Shown: in pieces, positions 36,749-46,184 of the stretch
Layout: each line of letters starts with the position of its first letter
How positions within the stretch are numbered: the first letter of the stretch is position 1
Assembly (NCBI GenBank): GCA_041742075.1
Contig: JBGSJJ010000009.1
Location: 12,895 to 76,894 of the forward strand
DNA from: Minisyncoccia bacterium
GTDB taxonomy: Bacteria; Patescibacteriota; Minisyncoccia; Phycocordibacterales; UBA918
Direction: 5' to 3'
DNA: 64,000 nt
Notes under the pieces: generated by a model
The model's input: the letters and a program-made list of their open reading frames with translations, nothing else
Databases searched by the model: none
Told to the model about the DNA's origin: nothing
Position numbers and translations under genes: made by a program

Positions 36749-37762
36749 ATGTTTAATCGATTTACTCCAAAGATCGGTATTGATCTCGGCACCACCACAG
36801 TCCTCGTGTATATACCCGGACAGGGAATTGTTCTCAATGAACCATCAGTCGTGGCAATTTCAAGCGATAACAAAGTGTTGGCCGTCGGTAGTGAAGCAAA
36901 ACGAATGATTGGGCGAACACCGGAAAACATCCGTGCCTATCGACCGATGAAAGACGGCGTGATTGCCGACTATCGGGTGACTGAAGCCATGCTTCGCTAT
37001 TTTCTGCGGAAGGCACTCGGGAAATACCAACTCTTCAGACCTGAAGTGATGATTTCTGTGCCAGCTGGCGTGACCTCAACCGAAAAGCGGGCGGTGGTTG
37101 AAGCAGCGGCGAACGCCGGAGCAAAAAACACCTACGTGGTTAAGGAGCCGATTCTAGCAGCGATTGGCGCCGGGATACCTATATATGAAGCGCAGGGACA
37201 TATGATTGTCGACATAGGAGGTGGAACTATCGACGTGGCAGTAATTGCGCTCGGGGGCATTGTGGCTGCCAACTCCGTGAAGTGTGCCGGCAACCGCATA
37301 GACTCGGCTATCATTGACTATGTTAAGAAAAGTAAAAATCTTTCAATAGGTGAGAAAACCGCCGAAGAAGTAAAAATTCAAATCGGTTCAGCGCTTCCCC
37401 TGGAGGAAGAGCTGGTCATGACTATTAAGGGACGCGATGTTGTCTCTGGTTTGCCCCGAACAACTGAAATTAAAACGAACGAAATCGTGCGCGCTATCTC
37501 AAAAGAACTCCGTGACATGATTCGCGCTATTAAGGACGTGTTTCAAAATACGCCACCTGAGCTGTCTTCAGACATTATTGATGGCGGGATTATTATGACC
37601 GGCGGTACTTCACAATTAAGAAACTTTCCTGAACTAATTCGGCGTCGAACGGGAGTAAAAGCAGTGGTGGCAGACCAAGCACTTTTCTGTGTGGTGAAGG
37701 GGACGGGGATTGCGCTGGAACACCTAGACACCTACAAGCGCTCCATCTTAGCAAAGCGATAA
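36749..37762 (+). CDS. mreB: Rod shape-determining actin homologue (stand-alone MreB/Mbl paralogue)
   Basis: GIDLGT, EPSVVA, RPMKDGVIAD and DIGGGT motifs. Confidence 0.92.
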   Translation: MFNRFTPKIGIDLGTTTVLVYIPGQGIVLNEPSVVAISSDNKVLAVGSEAKRMIGRTPENIRAYRPMKDGVIADYRVTEAMLRYFLRKALGKYQLFRPEVMISVPAGVTSTEKRAVVEAAANAGAKNTYVVKEPILAAIGAGIPIYEAQGHMIVDIGGGTIDVAVIALGGIVAANSVKCAGNRIDSAIIDYVKKSKNLSIGEKTAEEVKIQIGSALPLEEELVMTIKGRDVVSGLPRTTEIKTNEIVRAISKELRDMIRAIKDVFQNTPPELSSDIIDGGIIMTGGTSQLRNFPELIRRRTGVKAVVADQALFCVVKGTGIALEHLDTYKRSILAKR

Positions 37763-37875
37763 TTCTCGGAAATTACTTTGTCGTGCCGCTAATTTTTTCA
37801 GTCACCGTATATGAAATACGGCTTCTTCTAAAATTAACTGCTCTTCGCGTACTTCCTCGAGAATTATCGCTTTGC
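37751..37875. repeat. Stop-codon-associated structured repeat, copy C
   Basis: Perfect 18-bp outer inverted repeat 37751-37768/37858-37875 including the last mreB codons and stop, TAC-TTTGTC...CTTCGC-GTA, apical CCGTAT-atgaa-ATACGG. Confidence 0.75.
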
Positions 37876-38027
37876 ACCTGATTACATCAAATTGGACAGT
37901 TTTTGAATACGTCTTTGTTCAAAATCACCGTTTGGGAATTTGCCTAATACTTTATTTTGTAATACAGGAAAGTCTTGTCCACCCATGAGGTGACGTGAGA
38001 AGTGCCAGAGCAACATATAATAGATGT

Positions 38028-40802
38028 ATGGCTGAAGGTATCCCAAAAAGATTCTCGTCCCCCGAGGAAGAGATTGCGTATTTGCGTGAGCAGATAGCGA
38101 CGCGCGAGCGTGAGTTGTTTAACCGTTCGGGAGAGACAGACAGGACTGACCACGAAACCGTGGCCAAGGCTGAACTCCATGAGTACGGTACGTTTACCCC
38201 GAACACGGTACTTGAAAAAGACCACCAGCTCAAACCTGACGAGCTCGCTCGGCGGGTCGAGCAGGTTGACTCAGCGAGAGAGCCGGTAGAAGAAATTGTG
38301 CAGATAGCGATAGAAAGGGGTGTTCACAATGCTCTCACGGTACTTGAAAAAACTAAGAACGCCTTCATGACTGACGAAGTACACCGTCGCTTGATTGAGC
38401 ATGTAAAGTCTGGCGCGACCGTTCAGAACTTAAAAGAAGGTGTCCCGCCGTGGCAGGTACTACATATGACGTTGTTTGAAGTGTCACTACCTGAAGTAAA
38501 CGAGCAAAAAGGTAAGTCGTACCAGCTGTCTGAGCTCGTTAGCATGATGGAACAGTTTTATGCTGGTATGCAGAATGTGGGTCAGTATGAAACCAGCACC
38601 CACTACGCGATAGAAATTGCCGTAGCTGATAAGAGTGACGACATTGTTTTTTATGTCGCGGTACCGAGTCAGTATGTCGACCTGTTTCAAAAACATCTTC
38701 TTTCACTGTATCCGCACGCGCATTTGACGGAGCAGATTCATGACTACAACATCTTTGTGGCCGGTGGAAGTTCTTTGGTTGCCAGGGCAGAGCTCAAAAA
38801 GCACCACATCTATCCGATTGCGACGAAAGAATCATTTGAATCTGATCCGCTCGCAGTTATCTTAAACGCCTTTTCAAAAATTGAACGTGAAGGTGGGGGA
38901 GCCGCTTTGCAGTTTGTTATTCGTCGTGCTCCCCAAAAATACACCGGGGTGTATGAAGGGATTATTAAACGCGTTCGTGGCGGTATGAAAGTGTCTGACG
39001 CTATAGCGAGAAGTTCGCTTGGTGGTGAGGTGGTGGCCAGTTTAAAAGAGCTCGTGTTTTCAAATTCTGCTAAGAAAAAAGAAGAAGCACTACCAACCCG
39101 AGACCATATTGACACAGAAGCACTCGAACTGTTTGCAGAGAAAATTAAGCACCCAGTCTTGGACGTTAATATACGTATCGCCGTGTCTTCAACGACTGAG
39201 TCTCGCTCAAAACAAATTTTATCTGAAATCGAATCAACGTTTAATCAGTTTGAACGTACCCAAAGTAATCGATTCGTGTTTTCAGTCTTGAAGGGGAGTG
39301 CACTTACACAAGCCGTGAAAGCATTTTCCTTCAGGGATTTTGTACCCGCGACCGCATTACCGCTGACGCTCCGCGAGCTTGCCACCGTGCTTCACTTTCC
39401 GGGTGCGGGTATCGATAGCTCACCACAGTTTAAGCAATCAAGAGCTAAGACGGCGTCAGCGCCAACCAATACACCAACTACTGGTACGCTCCTTGGTTTT
39501 AACGACCATCGAGGAGAAAAGAAGGATATCTACATCAGTGAGCTCGATCGCATGCGCCATTTCTACATCATTGGTCAGACTGGTACGGGTAAGACGACTC
39601 TGATGAAGAACATGATTGTGCAAGACATCGAGGCTGGTCACGGTGTTTGCTTTATTGACCCTCACGGTACCGACATAGAAGATATCGTGAGTTGTATTCC
39701 TAAGGAACGTGAAAAGGATTTAATTTATTTTGACCCGTCACAATTTGACTCAGTGGTTGGACTCAACATGCTTGAGTATGACGAAAAGAAGCCTGAACAG
39801 AAGACGTTTGTGGTAAACGAACTGTTTTCTATTTTCCAAAAACTCTATGGGGCAAACCCAGAGTCGATGGGCCCGATGTTTGAGCAGTACTTCCGCAACG
39901 CGACGTTGCTTGTGATGGAAGACCCAAGTAGCGGAAATACCCTCATGGATATTAGTCGGGTAATGGCAGACAGTAAGTACCGGCGGATGAAACTAGAGAA
40001 AGCGAAAAATCCAGTCGTGGTGCAGTTTTGGCGTGAGATAGCCACCAAGGCAGGTGGAGAAGCGTCACTTGAAAACATTGTGCCGTACATCGTTTCAAAG
40101 TTCGATGTCTTCACCGCCAACGACTACATGCGACCAATCATTGGTCAACAAAAATCTTCGTTTAACTTCAGGCAGATTATGGATGAGCGGAAGATACTTC
40201 TCGTGAACCTTTCTAAAGGTCGCTTAGGGGAAATTAATGCCAACCTTATCGGTATGATTGTGGTGGGAAAACTTTTGATGGCGGCGCTGTCGCGAGTTGA
40301 TGACGCGAGTCGAAGTTTCCCACCGTTTTACTTACACATGGACGAGTTCCAAAACGTTTCGACGAACTCTATCTCAGCGATTCTGTCTGAAGCGCGCAAG
40401 TATAAGCTTGGCCTGACTATTGCTCACCAATTTATCGCTCAACTGGATGAAAAAATAAAAGAATCGGTGTTTGGAAACGTGGGGTCAATGGCGGCGTTTC
40501 GAGTTGGTCCAGAAGATGCACAGTTTCTTGAGCATCAGTACCACCCAACCTTCACCGCTGCCGACCTCATGAATGTACCCAACCAAACTGCGTATATGCG
40601 GATACTCGCGAGCGGTATTCCGACTAAACCATTTAGTCTCAGCACCTTTGCCCCGCCAGTGACTGACCCAACTCGTGTTCAAGCGCTTATTGCTCAAAGC
40701 AATAGCCGTTACGGACGACCACGAGACGAGATTGAAGCAGAGATTCATAAACGTTATCAAAAAGAAACAGTGCCAACCGAGAATCCGTTTGCTAAGATGT
40801 AA
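38028..40802 (+). CDS. VirB4/TraD(TrwB)/HerA-like P-loop ATPase
   Basis: DRMRHFYIIGQTGTGKT, FIDPHG, LHMDEFQN and SEARKYKLGLTIAHQ motifs. TATAAT lies 6 nt before ATG 38028. Confidence 0.85.
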   Translation: MAEGIPKRFSSPEEEIAYLREQIATRERELFNRSGETDRTDHETVAKAELHEYGTFTPNTVLEKDHQLKPDELARRVEQVDSAREPVEEIVQIAIERGVHNALTVLEKTKNAFMTDEVHRRLIEHVKSGATVQNLKEGVPPWQVLHMTLFEVSLPEVNEQKGKSYQLSELVSMMEQFYAGMQNVGQYETSTHYAIEIAVADKSDDIVFYVAVPSQYVDLFQKHLLSLYPHAHLTEQIHDYNIFVAGGSSLVARAELKKHHIYPIATKESFESDPLAVILNAFSKIEREGGGAALQFVIRRAPQKYTGVYEGIIKRVRGGMKVSDAIARSSLGGEVVASLKELVFSNSAKKKEEALPTRDHIDTEALELFAEKIKHPVLDVNIRIAVSSTTESRSKQILSEIESTFNQFERTQSNRFVFSVLKGSALTQAVKAFSFRDFVPATALPLTLRELATVLHFPGAGIDSSPQFKQSRAKTASAPTNTPTTGTLLGFNDHRGEKKDIYISELDRMRHFYIIGQTGTGKTTLMKNMIVQDIEAGHGVCFIDPHGTDIEDIVSCIPKEREKDLIYFDPSQFDSVVGLNMLEYDEKKPEQKTFVVNELFSIFQKLYGANPESMGPMFEQYFRNATLLVMEDPSSGNTLMDISRVMADSKYRRMKLEKAKNPVVVQFWREIATKAGGEASLENIVPYIVSKFDVFTANDYMRPIIGQQKSSFNFRQIMDERKILLVNLSKGRLGEINANLIGMIVVGKLLMAALSRVDDASRSFPPFYLHMDEFQNVSTNSISAILSEARKYKLGLTIAHQFIAQLDEKIKESVFGNVGSMAAFRVGPEDAQFLEHQYHPTFTAADLMNVPNQTAYMRILASGIPTKPFSLSTFAPPVTDPTRVQALIAQSNSRYGRPRDEIEAEIHKRYQKETVPTENPFAKM

Positions 40803-40808
40803 GTACGT

Positions 40809-43800
40809 ATGAAAGAAGAGTGGGGATTAGAAAGTAGAGGGAAAAAATACAACAGACCACAGCGTGGTCGTGTTCGTGATGTAGTTGTACCACCTCCGCT
40901 ACCGAGAGAGGTAGTTAAAGAAAAACCGTCAGCTGATAGTGTTTGGAAAGCGGAGGTTGAGAAGCTGCTAAACAAGACCGAAGTAAATACTGAACAACCA
41001 GAAGCAGTAGGAGAAATACCCGGAGAGGAAGTTTTGCAAGAAGTGACAGAGGAGCATGGTGCTGCCGGTGGTACTGCAGAACTGTCACTGGTAGATCATG
41101 AGGAACGGAAAGAATTAGCTCGAAAAGCCGTGCGCATGTTTAATGAGGTTCGGTTACTTAAAGACTCAATTACGACTCATGAAAGTGGACAGTCGTCACC
41201 TAACCTCGAGATCGATGGCTATGGTGACTTTCAAAATGCATATGCATTACTTAAAGATCAACTTAAACTAGTAGAATGGTCAAAAAATAAAGACGAGGAA
41301 ATTACAGCTGAAGTAGTTAGTGAAATTGAACGTCTTTATGGCGTATTATCAGAAGCTCATACACGAGTCGAACAGGCTGCTCTAGAAAGAGAAATCGAAC
41401 TTGCCTATGAAGATGAAGAAGCGCCGACTGCTCAAATAGAAGCATCAACCTCAGAAATCAACCAGCCAAGCAATCAAAATGAACTAATTACTGGTAAAGA
41501 ACCAGACAAGCATAAGGTGGCGGCTGTAGAATTTACTGTAAAGGAACCTAGCATAAGAGTCGGAAAATTCTACCAAATGCTTATAAATAATAATCTGACT
41601 GAAGTTCGTGTTATAGCGAAAGCAAATGAAGCAAACGGGAGCGCATTTATAGTAAGCCATGAAGTAGATGGTCAAGCATTACTCAGGGAATCTGTGAAAG
41701 CTGATGACCTGATTGAGATCAAAGAAAAATCTACTCCTAGTAACAGATTTGGTAAGCGGTATTCTACACTCGCCAGGACTAGCGACAGCAATCTTGTTTT
41801 AGGAGAGTCTTCTTTAGCTGAAGCTGACCTAGGTGAAGCTATTTCAAGTGAACAAGAAATGGCTACTCTTAAATCTGAAGCAGAAACTACTTCTGGTAAA
41901 AAAGCACATCAAATTGGCCAAAAGTACTTACTACTAATTGGGAATCAGCCTATAGAAGTAACTATAGTTGATGTAGACGAAAATGGTCTAGCTCAAGTCA
42001 CTTACGATAAAGACGGAAAGCACTTTTCAAAGTTTTTTGTCAAACCCGAACAACTTTCAGAAATTGCTCCTCAAACTACGGCTGAACTTAATACGTTTGT
42101 CAGTGAAAAATTGAAAAACGATGAAGGATCTTTTATTAACCAAGTAAGCGAAGTCTTAGAAGAAAATCCTGAACTGACTGAAGAAGTATACAATGCAAAA
42201 GTATTACCACTATTTAAGGAGAGACTTTTGAGTGCTGGCTACACAAGTGACGAGATTCAGAATTTATTCGCCTTAAATTTTCAGTTAGAACAGAAAGCGC
42301 ATAGTAACTTTAATAAGGAAACGGGCACGTTAAAAACTGAAGACGTCTTGAATCGTGCACGCAGTATTGAGGTTAGTATTTTAAATAAAAAACCGAAACA
42401 GGAAGAAAACCCACCTGAACTTCCTGTAAACAACGGTTTCTCAGCTGTGTCTCAAGTAACTACTCCACCCTCTTTTATAAAAGATAACCGAAATCTTAAT
42501 AAACGTGACTCAGTTAGATTTGAGAAATGGCAAAATAAAGAATGGACACCAGGTGAGTATCTGGATTTAGACGAACAAGCGGAACTGTCGAAACAAACGG
42601 ACCCACGAAATATAAGAATAATAACTGAAAATATTTCCGAGGATGAAGTATTTTTGAAAAAAATGCGCGGTGAGTACGAGTCCTTGGTAGCAGAAGCTGA
42701 TAGGCTCGGTCGGAATCCGCTGACACCATCAACACTCAACATTGCGATTATGTCGCTTGATAGAGCAATCAGAGTGTACGAAGAACGACTTGCAAACGAA
42801 GGCCAGTCTGATAATGAAATTACGCAAATGGAATCTGACCGCCTACGCGAAGAACTGATTGAATTGCGAACGCTTATTTGTGAACCTAAGGCACACATTG
42901 AAGGAGAAGTAGAGGCTACCCAGACTGGAACAAACACTGACGAAAATCCACACGTTGAAACAGAAGAGTCCTTAGCTACAGAGCCACCAACACCGGAAGA
43001 TACCGAGCCACCGCGCGAATCACCAGCAGAAGACGAAAAAAGTGCCGAGGCGTTTCTAAAAGGTGAAGTCTTAGGTAAAGAAGTGTCTCTAGCTGAAGTA
43101 GCACTAGGGAAAATGTTTTATGTACCGCGTAAGGCTGGTGGATATACACTTTGTCAGGTTGTAGACATAGATCAAACCTCTGGTGATGTCCAGCTAGCAG
43201 GGCATGACGAAGCTGGAAAATTTACTAAATGGGTACACCACAGTGTACTCTCAGTTGAAGAGCCCTTTAAAGATGGAGAAGTAAAGCCAGATGAACAGCA
43301 GGTAAGAGAAGCTAGGGAGATAGAAGAAGCAGAAGTCGTAGAATCTTTGTCCACTGATACACAGATACCAGAAACAACGAAAGAAAACTATCGACCTAAA
43401 TCAGCTGAACGAATAGCACTTGATGAAAAGCATAAAGAATTTTCTTCCGCTAAGAAAGCGTATTATAGTCAGGAGTTTCTCGCGCAAAAAAAAGAGTTAG
43501 CGCAACTTGAAGCTGAGCTAAAAAATCCAGCTCACTCAGACCGAGCCAGAGATGAAATGCGTGGCCGACGCGATGCGCTCTTTACTGCAGCGGAGCAAAT
43601 TGCCTACCGCTATAAAGAAGCCAAGCAACCGTACGCCGAAGCACTCCAAGAGTATTTGACTAAGAAAGAAACAAAGGCTGGTACTTCACTCACGCCTGAA
43701 CAAGCGAAAGCGATGGTAGGCGGGCGCTTCTTTGGTAAAACCAAAGCCGAGCGGTATACAGGAACTGGTGTCATAGGAAGAGACGGCTTGGAAAAACAAG

Positions 43801-45767
43801 TGGGTTTACTAGACAGCGAGCTACAAAATCCAATTCATACTGAAATGGAAAAAGAAGCGTTGCGGGTTAAACGTCTGGAGCTTGTAGATAGAATTAATAA
43901 AATTCCTGCAGAACACACCGCTGATGTTTCATACAAGTCCTATCGAGAGCAAGAGCTCGCGCTTCGCGAAGCGGTGCTTTCGTTTGAGCAAAAAGGTACT
44001 TTTGTACGTATGAAGGAAAAGTTCGATAAGCTAAATCCAAAAGCAAAAATTGCAGTTGGGGGAGCCATCTTAGGAGCTTCAGTTTGGAATGTGGGTCTTA
44101 TACCGGTTTTAGCTGGTTTGACAGCTGGTGTAGGAGTTCGCTTAGGAGTAAAAAAAGGTGGCTACGCCACGATAGATGCACTCCGGAATCAAGGTAGGCA
44201 AAATAAACTCAGTGCTTTTGACGCCAGTAATTTAGTGCAATTTGAGTCGGCACTCGATAAGGGTGAAGAACGAGAAAAAACAGCGAAGAAGGCTGTCAGT
44301 GGCGTTGCATTCGTGAGTGGAGTAGCAGCTGGTGCTACGGCTGGTCTTGGTGCCAGAGGGGTTGGTGTGGACGAGGTGTTTCAAAATTTAGTGGACAGTG
44401 TGACGCAAAAATCAGGTACTGGCTCAGGAACTTTTGTTCCTAGTGCTGATCAAGCGCCATCGATAACTCAAAGTGAAGTCCCTCTTACATACGAAAAAGA
44501 TCCGATTGTAATTACCATCGAACCTGGTCAGTCCGGGTACGTCGAATTAGATGGAGTAGTAGCAACCCCAGATGCGTCAGCGACTAATGTTGCTGGTGAG
44601 GGTGCTGCAATCGGGGGAGACGAAGTGGTGAAGGAGGTTCCTGTCGCGGATTTGCAGGTAGAAGTGTCTGAAGCACCAGCTCGCAAAGAAATGACGGGTA
44701 CAGAACCTCAAGCTTTCGAAAAAGGAAATATTGCACCGGTAGAAGAGGTTGTAAAGAAACCGCTTGAGTTTAGCAGTGCGGAACGCTACCAGACACATTT
44801 TCACACTGTCCCGAACCCTGACAAAATTGACCAAAATGCTCCAGCCTTTGAAAAAGCAAGTACTGTGTCTGACATTCTCTTTGAGCGCTGGAAAGTTGGT
44901 CAGTTTGACCATCTTGGGTGGGTGCCACAGCATGGGGAAGTGAACGAGACGGAATTTTTGCAAGTGATGAATGAAGCAATTCATACTGCCTCTGCAGACA
45001 CTCTCAGAGCAATGATGATTGATAGTGGAGACATTGATGTTGTGTATCCCGGTGAAAGGCTCGACATGGTACCAATTCTTTATCAAATGTTTCCACCAGA
45101 AGTCAGTAGTACCGTTAGTCAAGCTTCTGAGGCAGTCTCTTTGTCGCCTGAACCAGAAGTTACTCCTACGGTTGAAGCCGCACCTCTCTCTTCTGTGAAC
45201 GAAGAGTTAACAGTTCAGTCTACTCTAGTACCGGTAGAAGTAGATGTGTCACCTAATGATCTTGAATCAGTTGTTTCTTACGCGAATCGGTATGATTCGC
45301 TCGAGGCAAACCAGCTTGCAGAAATTATTACCGAAGCAAAAGAGCGGGTTATGGAAAATATGAGTGAGTCAGACACGATGGCGCTCTCGGCTGAAGAAAT
45401 TAATGAGCGGATTAAAACTGAAGTTGATGTGCTTGCCACCACGGAGCTTATAGCTAAAACACTTAACGCCAGTGGTCAGTCTGGTGAGGGAGTGGTCGAG
45501 TTTATGAATGTCGCTTATCAAGATATCAAAAACTTTCCTCCTGAAAAAGCCGTTGGAATTGACTTTGAGACTGCTAAGTTTCTCTTTAATTACGCTCAGT
45601 CTCAATTAGATTCACTCAGTCAAGAAGTTAAGAGTCAAATAGCTTCTCCAAGCTTAAGCAATCTAGTCGAAGCGCTGGTGCGAGATGGCCGACTAGAAGT
45701 ATCAGGTGACCAACATACGCTCGTACAGCCAGGAAGTCGAAATCACGTGCTAAACCTCAGAAACTAA
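40809..45767 (+). CDS. Giant acidic membrane protein with three SH3/KOW-like repeats, coiled coils, glycine-rich TM segments and a LysM-like motif
   Basis: 1652-aa ORF with repeats at about 41553, 41907 and 43098, a hydrophobic Gly-rich region at about 44046-44370, and TVSDI...DIDVVYPGERL at about 44862-45065. Confidence 0.75.
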   Translation: MKEEWGLESRGKKYNRPQRGRVRDVVVPPPLPREVVKEKPSADSVWKAEVEKLLNKTEVNTEQPEAVGEIPGEEVLQEVTEEHGAAGGTAELSLVDHEERKELARKAVRMFNEVRLLKDSITTHESGQSSPNLEIDGYGDFQNAYALLKDQLKLVEWSKNKDEEITAEVVSEIERLYGVLSEAHTRVEQAALEREIELAYEDEEAPTAQIEASTSEINQPSNQNELITGKEPDKHKVAAVEFTVKEPSIRVGKFYQMLINNNLTEVRVIAKANEANGSAFIVSHEVDGQALLRESVKADDLIEIKEKSTPSNRFGKRYSTLARTSDSNLVLGESSLAEADLGEAISSEQEMATLKSEAETTSGKKAHQIGQKYLLLIGNQPIEVTIVDVDENGLAQVTYDKDGKHFSKFFVKPEQLSEIAPQTTAELNTFVSEKLKNDEGSFINQVSEVLEENPELTEEVYNAKVLPLFKERLLSAGYTSDEIQNLFALNFQLEQKAHSNFNKETGTLKTEDVLNRARSIEVSILNKKPKQEENPPELPVNNGFSAVSQVTTPPSFIKDNRNLNKRDSVRFEKWQNKEWTPGEYLDLDEQAELSKQTDPRNIRIITENISEDEVFLKKMRGEYESLVAEADRLGRNPLTPSTLNIAIMSLDRAIRVYEERLANEGQSDNEITQMESDRLREELIELRTLICEPKAHIEGEVEATQTGTNTDENPHVETEESLATEPPTPEDTEPPRESPAEDEKSAEAFLKGEVLGKEVSLAEVALGKMFYVPRKAGGYTLCQVVDIDQTSGDVQLAGHDEAGKFTKWVHHSVLSVEEPFKDGEVKPDEQQVREAREIEEAEVVESLSTDTQIPETTKENYRPKSAERIALDEKHKEFSSAKKAYYSQEFLAQKKELAQLEAELKNPAHSDRARDEMRGRRDALFTAAEQIAYRYKEAKQPYAEALQEYLTKKETKAGTSLTPEQAKAMVGGRFFGKTKAERYTGTGVIGRDGLEKQVGLLDSELQNPIHTEMEKEALRVKRLELVDRINKIPAEHTADVSYKSYREQELALREAVLSFEQKGTFVRMKEKFDKLNPKAKIAVGGAILGASVWNVGLIPVLAGLTAGVGVRLGVKKGGYATIDALRNQGRQNKLSAFDASNLVQFESALDKGEEREKTAKKAVSGVAFVSGVAAGATAGLGARGVGVDEVFQNLVDSVTQKSGTGSGTFVPSADQAPSITQSEVPLTYEKDPIVITIEPGQSGYVELDGVVATPDASATNVAGEGAAIGGDEVVKEVPVADLQVEVSEAPARKEMTGTEPQAFEKGNIAPVEEVVKKPLEFSSAERYQTHFHTVPNPDKIDQNAPAFEKASTVSDILFERWKVGQFDHLGWVPQHGEVNETEFLQVMNEAIHTASADTLRAMMIDSGDIDVVYPGERLDMVPILYQMFPPEVSSTVSQASEAVSLSPEPEVTPTVEAAPLSSVNEELTVQSTLVPVEVDVSPNDLESVVSYANRYDSLEANQLAEIITEAKERVMENMSESDTMALSAEEINERIKTEVDVLATTELIAKTLNASGQSGEGVVEFMNVAYQDIKNFPPEKAVGIDFETAKFLFNYAQSQLDSLSQEVKSQIASPSLSNLVEALVRDGRLEVSGDQHTLVQPGSRNHVLNLRN

Positions 45768-45769
45768 CT

Positions 45770-46120
45770 ATGGAACCACAACAACTTACAACTGATGTTG
45801 GAAAACTAATTGGCCTTGAGAGCTTAAACGAATTTGAGCAGGCTGAGTTTTTAGCGCAAATCGGAGAACTAATTATCGAGTCGGCTTTACTGCGACTGAC
45901 CGAAACACTGACTCCTGATCAACAGATGGCTATCAACCACTACCTCGAAACCGAACCAACCCCAGAAGTGTTTATGAGTTATTTGGTTACTCATCATGCA
46001 TCGTTTCAAACTATTCTTGACGAAGAAATAATTGCGTTCAAAGAAGAGTGTATCGCTGTGATGGGACGTGGTGCACTTAAAGAAATTTCGCAACCCATGC
46101 ACGCGACTGTGTTAAAGTAA
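45770..46120 (+). CDS. Small helical protein (DUF5663-like)
   Basis: IGLESLNEFEQAEFLAQIGELI...RLTETL pattern, operonic with the giant protein. Confidence 0.65.
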   Translation: MEPQQLTTDVGKLIGLESLNEFEQAEFLAQIGELIIESALLRLTETLTPDQQMAINHYLETEPTPEVFMSYLVTHHASFQTILDEEIIAFKEECIAVMGRGALKEISQPMHATVLK

Positions 46121-46184
46121 TACACAGGCAACTTAAAAATTTGTAACAAAATTTTTATTGCTATCGTGTATACTAATAGTAATT

